Source: a virus (taxonomy: Duplodnaviria > Caudoviricetes). Taken from it: DNA of 40,660 bases. Under the pieces are notes generated by a model. The model made no database searches and was not told the DNA's origin. It saw nothing but the letters and a program-made list of their open reading frames with translations. A program made the position numbers and the translations under genes. Within the stretch, counting starts at the first letter, position 1; every line of letters begins with the position of its first letter. Positions 12,005 to 22,834 of the stretch are shown here, in pieces. The stretch covers positions 1 through 40,660 of IMG/VR virus record IMGVR_UViG_3300030376_004181; one strand, given 5' to 3'.

Positions 12005-13915
12005 ATGGGGTCTGGTAAAGCTACACCTGTAGAAAAGTGGGCTGAGTATTTATTGCTGCGTCGCAGTTTAAGTATGTATCAGGCTGCTAAACAGGCTGGT
12101 GTTAATTATCATTCAGCTAGAGACAATGAGTCTGGGCGTGTGTCTACACGCAACTATGTTGTTGCTAAGGAGCAAACTGAACGTGTAGGTGTATCTACTA
12201 TACCCACGTATAAAGAATTGCCTGAAGAAGTTCAAGAGTGTTGGGATAATATTGAAAAATTTGCGCTGCGTTATTTTGGTATTGTTTTGCAGCCGTGGCA
12301 AATAGAAGCTACAGAAAAGATATTTGAACTATTTGAAACACCATTAGAAGAATATTGTGTTATTAATGCACCACCTGGAAGTGGAAAATCTACTTTTTTT
12401 GCTAAGGTTTTGCCAGCATGGGCAACGGTTCGTAACAGAGCCATTAGAGGGATGCTCGGTTCCTCAACCCAACGTCTCGCTGAATGGTATACACGGCGTT
12501 TGAGAGCGGAGTTTGAACGAGAGCATGTTGCCCGTGCTGAGCTAAACGACATTAAGTTAGGGTTAGCAGTTGATGCTGAACGTACTATGCAACAAGACTT
12601 TGGGCAGTTTAAACCTGACGCTAAAGAAATTTGGCGTGCTGAAGCATTTACTGTAGTGCAACAAGGTGATGTGCCGTTATCGCAGAAAGAACCGTCGTGG
12701 TCTGCGTTTGGTATGGACTCTGGGTTTCTTGGTGGTCGTTTTGATCTTATTATTTGGGATGATGTTTGGGACCCTCGCAAGATGCGTAACTCTGAGTCTC
12801 GTTCTGACATGTATCGTTGGTGGGATGAGGTAGCTGAAACACGGTTAGAGCCTGCTGGGTTGCTTATATTGCAGGGGCAGCGTATGGCTTCTGATGATAT
12901 TTATAGGTATGCGTTAGATAAGTTTGCGCCTGTTGATGAGGAAGACGATGTTGAAGAAGTTGATGAAAATAAAGTAGATACGGAAGGTGAACGTAAGTAT
13001 ACGCATCTTAAATTTAAAGCGCATTATGATGATAGGTGCGATCATTTGCATAAGCCTAGTGATGTTGCGTATCCTGAAGGTTGTTTGTTGTATCCTCGTA
13101 GGTTGCCGTGGCGACGTATACGACATGTTAAAGCGCAAACACCTGACCGTTACGAAATACTGTACCAACAGGAAGACACTGACCCTGCGTCTGTGCTTGT
13201 AGACCCTTTATGGATTAGTGGGGGGCAAGGCGATAATGGTGTGGAGTATATTGGTTGTTGGGACAAAGACCGTGACTTGTGGGAAGTGCCAAAGTATTTA
13301 GCTGGCGAAGTTATGGTTATAGCGTCTGCGGACCCTTCTCCGTCTAATTTTTGGGCGTTGCAATGTTGGGCGTATTGTCCTGAGTCAGAGTACAGGTATT
13401 TGTTAGAGTCGTATAGAAAGAAAATGGATGCTCCGTCGTTTCTTGATTGGAACCATGATACGCAACGGTTTACTGGTATAGCTGAAGAGTGGTGGCAAAT
13501 AAGTAACGATATTGGTCACCCGATTACGCATTGGATAGTTGAGGCTAACGCTGCTCAAAAGTTTATTTTGCAGTACGATCATTTTCGGCGGTGGTCTGCG
13601 TTGCGTGGTGTAGAGCTTATTCCGCATTACACGCATTCTAGAAATAAAGGTGACCCTAAGTATGGTGTGCAAATGCTTGCACCGTTGTATCGCTTGGGTC
13701 GTATTAGGCTTGCTGGGAAACAGCATACTGATGCTAGACCTCATTCGTTGCTTTTAATTAATGAAGTAACAAAATGGAATCCAGAAGGCACAGGGTCTAG
13801 AACTGATGACTGTGTGATGGCACAATGGTTCGTAGAACATAATCTTAATAAATTGTACGTGCCTCCGTCTGAGCCTATTAGACAGTGGCGACCAACTTGG
13901 GTAACAGAAAGTTAA
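12005..13915 (+). CDS. terL: terminase large subunit
   Basis: LQPWQ Q-motif, Walker A NAPPGSGKST, Walker B LIIWDD, YQQ, nuclease SADPS...TDDCVMA. Confidence 0.92.
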   Translation: MGSGKATPVEKWAEYLLLRRSLSMYQAAKQAGVNYHSARDNESGRVSTRNYVVAKEQTERVGVSTIPTYKELPEEVQECWDNIEKFALRYFGIVLQPWQIEATEKIFELFETPLEEYCVINAPPGSGKSTFFAKVLPAWATVRNRAIRGMLGSSTQRLAEWYTRRLRAEFEREHVARAELNDIKLGLAVDAERTMQQDFGQFKPDAKEIWRAEAFTVVQQGDVPLSQKEPSWSAFGMDSGFLGGRFDLIIWDDVWDPRKMRNSESRSDMYRWWDEVAETRLEPAGLLILQGQRMASDDIYRYALDKFAPVDEEDDVEEVDENKVDTEGERKYTHLKFKAHYDDRCDHLHKPSDVAYPEGCLLYPRRLPWRRIRHVKAQTPDRYEILYQQEDTDPASVLVDPLWISGGQGDNGVEYIGCWDKDRDLWEVPKYLAGEVMVIASADPSPSNFWALQCWAYCPESEYRYLLESYRKKMDAPSFLDWNHDTQRFTGIAEEWWQISNDIGHPITHWIVEANAAQKFILQYDHFRRWSALRGVELIPHYTHSRNKGDPKYGVQMLAPLYRLGRIRLAGKQHTDARPHSLLLINEVTKWNPEGTGSRTDDCVMAQWFVEHNLNKLYVPPSEPIRQWRPTWVTES

Positions 13916-13919
13916 TACA

Positions 13920-15674
13920 TTGAAAACAGCAGAAGAAATTGTAGACCTGTACTACACCCGTTCATCTAACCATGCTGGTGTAAAAGAAAAAATGCGTTTG
14001 ATACGTGACCATTACAATGGTGATGTTATTGTGCCGTTGCCTGAAATAGATTCTACTGAAGCTTCTTCTGTTGCTAACTTGTTGGCGCAGGGTTTAGATC
14101 AAACTGCTATGCGTATAGCGTCTGTTACTCCTGATATTGTTTGCCCACCTGAAGATGAGTCATCTAAGCAAGCGCAAAAGTTTGCGTCTATTCGTCGCAA
14201 AGCGTTGTTTGGTTGGTGGCAAAATTCTCGTATAGATATGCAGCTTGCTAAACGTGCAAGGCATTTGATTGGTTACAACAATACGATTGTGCAGGTTCGG
14301 TTTGATATGGAAAAGGGTTGCCCTACATGGCATGTGCGTGATCCGTTAACTGCGTATCCGTCTAATTTGCGTGGCTCTGATGGTATGAGTCCTTCGGATT
14401 GTGTGTTTGGTTATGAGCGTTCGTTTGGTTGGATACGTAGGCATTATCCTGATGCTGCGTTGCGGTTTGCTGGCGTTGCTGATGCTCCGTATGATACGCA
14501 TAAAGCTGTTGAACTTATTGAGTATGTTGACCATAAAGAGTATGTGCTTGTAGCGTTGCGTAATCCTGCACATACTATTGGCTCTGGTGATACTGAACCT
14601 GTTATAGCTGAGTTAGAACGTGTGCAAAACCCTACAAATATTTGTCCTGTTGTTATGGCTGAACGTATTTCGTTAGATGAACCTAACGGTCAGTTTGACG
14701 GCATACTAGGAATGTATCAGCAACAAGCTAAGCTCATGGCGTTAGAAGTTATAGCTGTGCAAAAAGGTATTTTTCCTGATACATGGTTAGTGGGTCGTGC
14801 TGGTGAGCAACCTAGCATTATTAATCCTGCGAATGGTTTAACTGGTGAGGTTGGTGTTATCCGTGGCGGTGACTTAAGAGACATGCAATTAAATGTAGGG
14901 TTTATGACGAACCCTGCTATTGATCGTTTGGAAAGAGCGCAACGTTTAACTGCTGGTGTGCCTGCCGAGTTTGGTGGCGAGTCTACAAGTAATATCCGTA
15001 CTGGTCGTCGTGGCGACGCTGTGTTATCTGCGGTTGTTGATTTTGCTGTGCAAGAGTCACAAAAAATACTTGCTCGTTCATTAGAAGCTGAAAACAAAAT
15101 AGCTATTGCTATGGCTAAAGAATACGCTGGCAATAAGTCTAAATCGTTTTATATTTCTATGGGTAAAGTTAAAGGTAAGGTAGATTATGTCCCAAACAAA
15201 CACTTCACAACGGATGACAACGTGGTATCTTATAGCCAAGCTGGGGCTGACATTAACAATCTTGTTATTGCTGGTGGTCAAAGGCTTTCAATGGGAACGA
15301 TGTCAAAAGAATCGTTTATGAAAATAGACCCTCTTGTTGAGGATGTTGAAGCAGAACGTGATTGTGTTACTGCTGAACAGTTAGAGCAAAGTTTGTTGTC
15401 TGGTTTGCAACAACAAGCAGCAACAGGGGCAATACCGCCTGCGGATATTGCTCGTATTATTGATCTTGTTAAATCAGATAAAGCTGAACTCGCTGCGGCT
15501 GTTGAAAAAGTACAGCGTGAAGCGCAAGAAAGGCAAGCTACTATGGTTTCGCCTACATCCCCTGAAGCGCAATCCGGTATAGCTCAAGCCGGTGCAGGTG
15601 CAGAAGCTATGGCAGCACCTCCTCCTGCTGAAGGCGGAGCTGCTGGGTTGCGTCAATTGTTAGGAGCGTTGTAA
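13920..15674 (+). CDS. portal protein
   Basis: 584 aa directly after terL; VANLLAQGLDQ, ARHLIGY, RDPLTAYP; helical C-terminus. Confidence 0.8.
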   Translation: MKTAEEIVDLYYTRSSNHAGVKEKMRLIRDHYNGDVIVPLPEIDSTEASSVANLLAQGLDQTAMRIASVTPDIVCPPEDESSKQAQKFASIRRKALFGWWQNSRIDMQLAKRARHLIGYNNTIVQVRFDMEKGCPTWHVRDPLTAYPSNLRGSDGMSPSDCVFGYERSFGWIRRHYPDAALRFAGVADAPYDTHKAVELIEYVDHKEYVLVALRNPAHTIGSGDTEPVIAELERVQNPTNICPVVMAERISLDEPNGQFDGILGMYQQQAKLMALEVIAVQKGIFPDTWLVGRAGEQPSIINPANGLTGEVGVIRGGDLRDMQLNVGFMTNPAIDRLERAQRLTAGVPAEFGGESTSNIRTGRRGDAVLSAVVDFAVQESQKILARSLEAENKIAIAMAKEYAGNKSKSFYISMGKVKGKVDYVPNKHFTTDDNVVSYSQAGADINNLVIAGGQRLSMGTMSKESFMKIDPLVEDVEAERDCVTAEQLEQSLLSGLQQQAATGAIPPADIARIIDLVKSDKAELAAAVEKVQREAQERQATMVSPTSPEAQSGIAQAGAGAEAMAAPPPAEGGAAGLRQLLGAL

Positions 15675-16063
15675 TGCCACGTAAAGGTAGAGGACAAAAA
15701 GTTCAAGCTGTTAGAGGGCAACAATATGGGCAAGCTAAAATGCAAGAGGATGCTCAAACTGTTGTTCCTTTACCTAATATAGAAGATTCTGAATCTGCTA
15801 TTCCTTCGATGAGAGCTGGTGAAAAACCTTTTGGTAGAATAACTGAGCGACCTGCTGAGTCTGTTATGGAACAAGGGTATGCGCCGTCTAATAGTATGGG
15901 TAATGATGTTTTTACTAAACGGCAGCAAACTAAAATTATTAATTTGTTGCCTGTGTTAGAGCGTATGGCTTCTGATTATGATTCTAGTGCAAAAATACGT
16001 AGTGCTGTTATGGATGTGAAACGTAGTGTTTCTTCTTTTAAAACAACACAAGAAGAAAATTAA
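15674..16063 (+). CDS. hypothetical virion-associated protein
   Basis: TAATG coupling to portal; GQQYGQ..TERP.E motifs. Confidence 0.7.
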   Translation: MPRKGRGQKVQAVRGQQYGQAKMQEDAQTVVPLPNIEDSESAIPSMRAGEKPFGRITERPAESVMEQGYAPSNSMGNDVFTKRQQTKIINLLPVLERMASDYDSSAKIRSAVMDVKRSVSSFKTTQEEN

Positions 16064-16066
16064 ATA

Positions 16067-19000
16067 ATGGGTTTAATTGATTGGGTAGAAGAACAAGGTG
16101 ATTCTCTTGTTGGTTATGGTGTAGAAGCTGTTAAAGGTCTTTCAGGTGCAGCTTATAGTGCAGTTTTAAATCCTGTTGTTCAAGGGTTTGAATCAGGAGG
16201 AGAAATTCTTATTGGTTCGTATAATGCTATTAAAAAAGGAGACTTTGACGAATTTAAAGATGCTTCTCTTACAGCGATGAGGGAAAATTTTTTTAGAGAT
16301 ACGTTAGGTTTAGGTGGAGAAAGTAATTTTGGTTGGTTATCAGGTAAGTATGGTCTGCTTGGTGGCTCAACTAAAGTTCTTCCAAGCTACGCAAGAGAGC
16401 CTTTATGGAATTCATACTTAGACACTATTGAAGTTATTGATGATACAGGTGCGTTTATTTTTACTATGCTTGCATCTGGCAACGATCAAGAAGAAGCTAT
16501 TTGGTATAATGGTCTTTCTGATTTTTATAAAGACCAAGCCGATAAAGGTTACATTAAATACAATCCATTTAGTGATAAAGAAATAGAACGTATAAGTTCA
16601 GATAGTAATTTTAGTTGGTCTGATAGAATACCTATTTTAAATTATTTTGACGCTGACACATATAAACAAGCATACGCTGTAGCTTATGGAGAAGAAGAAC
16701 GTTCATTTGGGCAAGCCTTTGCATCTTTGTACTCTGGCATAGACCCTTTTAACGATTATCAATACAATGCGTTAGAAGGAACATTGTACTTTAATGTGTT
16801 ATCAGGTGGCGCTGATTTTCTGCAAGAAATTTTTTTAGACCCGTTACTTGTAGTAGGCAAAGGAGTTTCGTTAGCTAGAGGCACTAGCGCTATTATGCGA
16901 CCTGTTACTACACAAACTGGTAAAGGCACTGGGTTAGCTGGAACTCCTTTAGATATTAAACATGTTTCGTTTGAAGATGTTTTAGCTAGTAACGCTAGAG
17001 TTAGGAAAGTAACTCCTACTGGCAAAATACATATTATTAGAGAAAGCGGATTTGGTTGGCATACTGTTAAACCTACAAAACAATCTAAACGTTTTGGGTT
17101 TACTGCTGATTTGCCTGAACCTAAGTTAATAACAATAGGTGGAGAAAAGTTAGCGTTAAATTATGATCAGTTAGCTAGGACTAGTTTTCAATATCGTGCG
17201 AGAGCTTTAACTGGTTCTAAAACGTGGCAAGCGTTGGATGAAGTTATTGAAAACGCTGCACGTGGGGATGAGTTTAGTCCTCAGTATGCGTTAACGCATT
17301 TAGCTAGTGAAGGCGATAATGCGTTAATTAATAAAAGAGTTGGTGCTTTGCGTGCTGCGTTGACTGGAAGGCAAGCTAAGAAGTTGCCTGCTGAAGCGTT
17401 GTATTTGGTTGCTAGAGGCGCTACTTCTGCGGCTAGGGCTAAGACGTTACGGTTTGTGTTGGGTGATACTGCTGTAGCTGCTGAAGCTATGGGTAATGCT
17501 GGCGCAGCGTTTAATAAATTAGTTGATGGTGATTTTTTTGATTTACTTGAGGAAGTTAATTCGTTGCAAGCAAGAAGTGTTGCTGCTGGTGAAGACGCTG
17601 TTAAGTTAACTGATGAATTAGAGAAATTAGAAACTTTACGAGGAACTTCAAAAAATATTGATGATTTAAAAAAAGAAATTGTAGAACGTACAAAAGATGT
17701 AAATAAATTAAAAACTAAAACAAATAAATCTCCAGTTGATAAAAAAACTATTCCTAAAGAAGAACAAAAAATTAAAAAACTTAAAGCTCAGTTAAAAGAA
17801 ATGACAGAAAAAGGTTTGCCTTCTGATTTAGCTGAAACTATTTTTTCTAAACAAGAAGATTTGTTAGTAGCTAATGCTGAACATACTATTCTTGGAAAAC
17901 AATCACAAAAATTAAAAACTAATTTAATGAAGGAACATGAGGTTTTAACAAACACTGATTGGGTTGCGCTTTTTGATTTTAGGGCTACGTTAAGAGAGTC
18001 TATTGCAAAACAAGTTGTTAACGGTCCGTTTGAAACAGGGTTCACTCGGTTAGATATGAACAAAATAGCTACGTTTGAAGATATAGCGTTAGATAAAATT
18101 GTTCTTGCTGATGTGTTAGATTACGCTGCACGTAACGTGCGTGTGGATTATGTAGATCAATTTACTGGTTCTCCGTTACGAATGTCTGATACAAGTTTGC
18201 GTACAGGCGCTCAGACTGTTACAGATTTTCCTCGTATGGGTCGGGATACGTTAACTGGTGAAGTGTTTGGTGGCGTTAAAGATTTTGCTACTAATTTGCT
18301 TGTAAAACCTTTTAGTGGGAATGCGTACTCTAAAGCTGCTGCTTTAAATGCACAAAAGTTACGTAACCGAGTAGGCATTTCAGATGATTTTTTAGTGGAT
18401 GTGTTGCCTATTCCTTCTACGTTAAAACCTTTAGGTTCTCAAAGGTTAACGTATTTTACGCAACAAGTTAGTCAGCGAGTAATGCACCATTATGATCGTG
18501 TGCAAGCAAGCCAACAATTTGAAAGAATGCTAGCTGATGCTAATAAGTTTGCTATTCATGGCAAACCAATACTTACACGTGCTGAAGCTGAATCGCTTAA
18601 TGGGCAATATGTTTCGTTAGTTGCTCGTAACGCTACTGTAGGGCAACGTAAACAACTTTATGATAGAACTATTAAATTGTTGTGTGATCGTGCTGATGAG
18701 TTAATAGCAAGCGAAACAAATATTAAATTTACTCAAAAAGATAGCAATGAAGTTTTTAGTTTGTACGATCAGTTAACAAATTCTAAACTTGAGTATGATG
18801 AGATGCTTCGTAATGGGAATGCTGTAGATTCTAGTTACAAGCCTGTGTTTAGCACTGATGACAAAACAATTCTTAGAAAAAGTGGTAATCAGAAAGAGGC
18901 TACTACTTTTGTTTTTTATGGTCCTGACGGTAGTTTGTTGGCTGAAGCGCATCATGGTGTAACTCCTACGCAAATGGCGCAAAGTAGTCCGATGCCTCGT

Positions 19001-22000
19001 TGGGATTTGTTAGAGGATGCTATCAACAGAGTAGGCAAACACGAAAACGGCGTATTTAAAAATTATGATATTGCGTATAATCCTCGCATGATGGTTAGAA
19101 CAGCTCGTAAGGCTGTGTCAACGGGTATAGATGCAACGATTAGACCTATTTGGACTGCTTCTGTTTTGTTAACGCCTCGTTGGGCTATGCGTGTGGTTGG
19201 TGCTGATGAGCAGTTGCGGTTTGCTGCTGTGTTTGGTGCGTTAGAAACGTTAACTAAAGCTAAAGGTAATTGGCGAACTTTGCTTCAAGACCAAGCTGCT
19301 AAAGGCGCAAAAGTTAGGGATGATTGGCTGGATATTTATGCTAGTAAAAAATTAAAAGATAAAAAAATTAAAGTTGCTAAAGATGCGCAGCTTGCTGATA
19401 AAGTTGCGTTGTTAGAAAAAAATGGTTTGTCTTATGAGCAACTTATTAAAGAAGGCGTTGCAAACGCTAATACTTTAACGTACAAAACTAAAACTGCTGG
19501 CGGCGCAGCAGCTAGATTAGCTATGAGTGGGTTAGTGCATCCAGTGGCAGGAGTATATCATGCTATAAAATATCGATCTCATAGGTATAACTCTTTAAAT
19601 AATTACATGTCTGGTAAAGCTGCTGGCACAATGAGTAAATCTTATTATACTATTGGTAGAGAGTTGTTACGCAAAGCTGACCCTGATAATCCGGCTTGGA
19701 ATGAATTAGCTGATAGAGCGTTATTTGAGGGGGAATTAACTAAACAACGTTTGTTAGAAGCAGGTAATCGTGAAGGATTTAACCTTAAAAATGTTGATGA
19801 TATTGTTGATGTTTTTGAAATAGCTGATACGTATGCTGTGCTTAATGATGCGCCTACTGTACGCATTGGGGATAATGTTTTTCAAAACGCTATGGGTGAT
19901 ACTATGGCGCATCAACAAATGAACGCTAGCCAAATTTCTGCTAGGCGAAGTGATAAGTCTGCTATGCAAGGTATTTATAGTGCGCATACTAGAGAGTTGT
20001 TGGAGTTGGAGGGTAAAGGTCCAATTACGACTTACGATTTTGTAGATGTGCGTGATGTTGCAAAACGGAATGATATTTTTACTGAACATTGGCAGCAATG
20101 GCAAAGCCCTGACCCTGCTAAACAAAGAATTTTTAATATTGTTTTTGATACTGAATTGCCGGTAGCGCAACGTATACAAAAAGTAGAAGAGTTTTTTAAA
20201 AACAATCCAAATATTTTAGAAGATGTAGCTGTTGATATAACTATTCCTAAAGTTGCTATGGATGATTACATTCACCATATTTCTACAAGGTTTGTTTTAG
20301 ACGCTAATCACATATTGCCAGATCGCATATTTAAAGGATTGCGTAGGAAAGCTGCTTCAGGTGAGGCTGTTAAATGGGAAGATATACAAACCATCGTTGA
20401 TTCTCCGAAATTTAAAAGTGATTTAGGTTTAGATAGTTCAGTAAACTTTAATGAAGTTGTTAATGTTATTAGAACTATGGATGGAGGCATGTATGAAAAT
20501 TTTGCTAAACATAACGGAACAGAAGGTATTCTTGACAGAGCTAATGTAGTTAGACAACAAGTAAGTCGTCTTAGAAAATTTACTGACAGCATGTTTGAAA
20601 CTCTTGGCACAATGCCTTCTGATGCGTTATCAAGGCATCCTTTTTACAATCGTAAATATAAAGAATATTTGTTAGAGCAAACTACTGCGTATAAAAACTT
20701 TGATGATAATTATGTGTTTACGCCTAGACAAAAAACTGAAATGGAAGCTATCGCTAGGCGCAGAGCGTTAGAAGATACACGTACAGTTATGTATGAGTTA
20801 GTTGAGCATACAAGATTTGCGGAAGTGTTAGGGTTTGCGTCACCGTTCTTTAACGCATGGCAAGAAGTTATTGGTAGGTGGGCTTCGTTAGCGTTTGATA
20901 ATCCTGTGTATATTGCTAGAGGTATACGTTTATTTACAAGCGATATACAAGCACCTGTTCTTGGATTGACAACAGAGAAAGACGCTTTTGGTGAAAAAAA
21001 ATTAGTGTTTAATTTTAGTGAAAGTATTTTAAATGATATTCCTGTTCTTAAAGAGTTGCTTAATAGTGATAAATTGACGTTTGGTCCGTTTGGAAGTATA
21101 ACTAAATTAGCGACTGAAAATCCTATAGCGTTTGATACTGATAGTTTATTTTCGTTAGTTACATCAAGTCCGTTGCCAAGCACAGGTCCATTAGTGAACT
21201 TCGTTATTCAAGAAGGAATGTATGCAGACCCTGAACTTGAAGATGTGTTTGGGTTTATGTTTCCTTATGGGGTGCAAAGCGGTCCTTGGTATGAAAGATT
21301 TATTAAAGAAACTTTGCCTACGTGGACAGAATCTATAGCGTACAGAACTGGTATATACAGGGGAAATCAATATGAAACACGTGTTGGTCAAATATTTTTA
21401 GATAAGTTAACGCAAGTACAGCAAAACAATGAAGACTCTAGTAATCCGTATATAGATTTATCTGATGAACAAGTACGTAATAGTCTTATGCGTGACGCAC
21501 ACGTAGCTGCGCAAGGGTTCGGCTGGTTTAAAACGTATGCAGCTTTAAATATTCCTATAGCTGTAGATCAAATGTCTCCTTTTTATGCTAAAAAACTTAG
21601 ATATAACGAAATGTTAGAAGAAGATATTGAACGTGGATTTGTTGACCCTGATAATCCTGATGCAAGTTTTCCAGCAAGAATAGAAATAACAGACCCTGAT
21701 GGAAATAAACGAATGGTTAATGGTCCTATTTTAACTGGTAGAGATTATACGGATGCCAGATTTTTAGCTGAAGAAGGCGACGAGTTTTTTTGGTTAACGC
21801 AAAGTTTAACTGATTCTAGGGCAGCGTATGGTATAGCTCCTACTGTTGAAGGTTGGAAATTGTATGAAGCTCATAAAGAATTAATACAAGCCTATCCGGT
21901 TATTGCTGCGTTTTTGCAAGGAGATGTTGGAGCTACAACTAATGAAATGTTTAGTTCTGTAGTTTATAACAAGCAAAGAAATGAGTTTTTTGTTGGTTCT

Positions 22001-22834
22001 AATGAGCCGATGCGGTCTTTAAAAAGTTTAGATCAAGTATTAGATGAAGGTATGTTGGATAGGGGTTGGAATCTTTATGATAGTGGGTTTGACCCAGAGC
22101 AAATTCAAAAACATTATGGAGAATTTAAGAATACTCCGCAAGCGTATATAGACCCTGCGACTGGGCGAGAGTATCCGTATAAAGAAGATAAAGGTTTAGA
22201 GATTAGTGCTTTTTATTATGAGCCTGTTGCTGGTGTTCTTCTTGCTGATAATCCTATTTATTACAATGGTGAAGGTATGCAGGATATTAACAATGAGTTG
22301 TATAGGCGTGGGCAATTAAATAGTGCGTATACCGATATTAACCATGAGTTTAATTTTGATTTGAAAATGCAAAAAGATTTCCTTGTGCACCAGTTAGGTA
22401 GGGAGTTCCCTCAGTGGAAAGATGCGTATGAAGATTTTTCTGCAAATAATAGGTTGCGTGAGGTGTATAGAGGGTTTGCTGCTTTGTTTGAAGATGAGAG
22501 TGATGCGTGGAAAGTTAATGGCGCTTCACGTGATTTGCTTTTATTTATTAACGATAGGCAAATGATAGAAGTTTTGTTGTCTCAAAGAAAAAACAAAGAT
22601 ATAACAAATGAAAAAAATAGTGACCTTCGTGCAATTTGGCTTGGTATGAAAGCTGATTATTCTAATAGACCTGCGTTTGCTAGTACGTATATTAGGTATT
22701 TTCAAAATGATATGGTAGCTGAAAGCACTTGGACTATTCCTAGAAGTTTTACTGACAAAGGTATATTCCCAGAGCAGGAACTTGAACTATTATTAACAGA
22801 AGCAGAGATTTGGTACGCAAATAATTATGAGTAG
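16067..22834 (+). CDS. very large (2255 aa) putative internal virion/DNA-ejection protein
   Basis: Size, helical composition and position in the structural operon; no tape-measure-like periodic repeats seen. Confidence 0.6.
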   Translation: MGLIDWVEEQGDSLVGYGVEAVKGLSGAAYSAVLNPVVQGFESGGEILIGSYNAIKKGDFDEFKDASLTAMRENFFRDTLGLGGESNFGWLSGKYGLLGGSTKVLPSYAREPLWNSYLDTIEVIDDTGAFIFTMLASGNDQEEAIWYNGLSDFYKDQADKGYIKYNPFSDKEIERISSDSNFSWSDRIPILNYFDADTYKQAYAVAYGEEERSFGQAFASLYSGIDPFNDYQYNALEGTLYFNVLSGGADFLQEIFLDPLLVVGKGVSLARGTSAIMRPVTTQTGKGTGLAGTPLDIKHVSFEDVLASNARVRKVTPTGKIHIIRESGFGWHTVKPTKQSKRFGFTADLPEPKLITIGGEKLALNYDQLARTSFQYRARALTGSKTWQALDEVIENAARGDEFSPQYALTHLASEGDNALINKRVGALRAALTGRQAKKLPAEALYLVARGATSAARAKTLRFVLGDTAVAAEAMGNAGAAFNKLVDGDFFDLLEEVNSLQARSVAAGEDAVKLTDELEKLETLRGTSKNIDDLKKEIVERTKDVNKLKTKTNKSPVDKKTIPKEEQKIKKLKAQLKEMTEKGLPSDLAETIFSKQEDLLVANAEHTILGKQSQKLKTNLMKEHEVLTNTDWVALFDFRATLRESIAKQVVNGPFETGFTRLDMNKIATFEDIALDKIVLADVLDYAARNVRVDYVDQFTGSPLRMSDTSLRTGAQTVTDFPRMGRDTLTGEVFGGVKDFATNLLVKPFSGNAYSKAAALNAQKLRNRVGISDDFLVDVLPIPSTLKPLGSQRLTYFTQQVSQRVMHHYDRVQASQQFERMLADANKFAIHGKPILTRAEAESLNGQYVSLVARNATVGQRKQLYDRTIKLLCDRADELIASETNIKFTQKDSNEVFSLYDQLTNSKLEYDEMLRNGNAVDSSYKPVFSTDDKTILRKSGNQKEATTFVFYGPDGSLLAEAHHGVTPTQMAQSSPMPRWDLLEDAINRVGKHENGVFKNYDIAYNPRMMVRTARKAVSTGIDATIRPIWTASVLLTPRWAMRVVGADEQLRFAAVFGALETLTKAKGNWRTLLQDQAAKGAKVRDDWLDIYASKKLKDKKIKVAKDAQLADKVALLEKNGLSYEQLIKEGVANANTLTYKTKTAGGAAARLAMSGLVHPVAGVYHAIKYRSHRYNSLNNYMSGKAAGTMSKSYYTIGRELLRKADPDNPAWNELADRALFEGELTKQRLLEAGNREGFNLKNVDDIVDVFEIADTYAVLNDAPTVRIGDNVFQNAMGDTMAHQQMNASQISARRSDKSAMQGIYSAHTRELLELEGKGPITTYDFVDVRDVAKRNDIFTEHWQQWQSPDPAKQRIFNIVFDTELPVAQRIQKVEEFFKNNPNILEDVAVDITIPKVAMDDYIHHISTRFVLDANHILPDRIFKGLRRKAASGEAVKWEDIQTIVDSPKFKSDLGLDSSVNFNEVVNVIRTMDGGMYENFAKHNGTEGILDRANVVRQQVSRLRKFTDSMFETLGTMPSDALSRHPFYNRKYKEYLLEQTTAYKNFDDNYVFTPRQKTEMEAIARRRALEDTRTVMYELVEHTRFAEVLGFASPFFNAWQEVIGRWASLAFDNPVYIARGIRLFTSDIQAPVLGLTTEKDAFGEKKLVFNFSESILNDIPVLKELLNSDKLTFGPFGSITKLATENPIAFDTDSLFSLVTSSPLPSTGPLVNFVIQEGMYADPELEDVFGFMFPYGVQSGPWYERFIKETLPTWTESIAYRTGIYRGNQYETRVGQIFLDKLTQVQQNNEDSSNPYIDLSDEQVRNSLMRDAHVAAQGFGWFKTYAALNIPIAVDQMSPFYAKKLRYNEMLEEDIERGFVDPDNPDASFPARIEITDPDGNKRMVNGPILTGRDYTDARFLAEEGDEFFWLTQSLTDSRAAYGIAPTVEGWKLYEAHKELIQAYPVIAAFLQGDVGATTNEMFSSVVYNKQRNEFFVGSNEPMRSLKSLDQVLDEGMLDRGWNLYDSGFDPEQIQKHYGEFKNTPQAYIDPATGREYPYKEDKGLEISAFYYEPVAGVLLADNPIYYNGEGMQDINNELYRRGQLNSAYTDINHEFNFDLKMQKDFLVHQLGREFPQWKDAYEDFSANNRLREVYRGFAALFEDESDAWKVNGASRDLLLFINDRQMIEVLLSQRKNKDITNEKNSDLRAIWLGMKADYSNRPAFASTYIRYFQNDMVAESTWTIPRSFTDKGIFPEQELELLLTEAEIWYANNYE

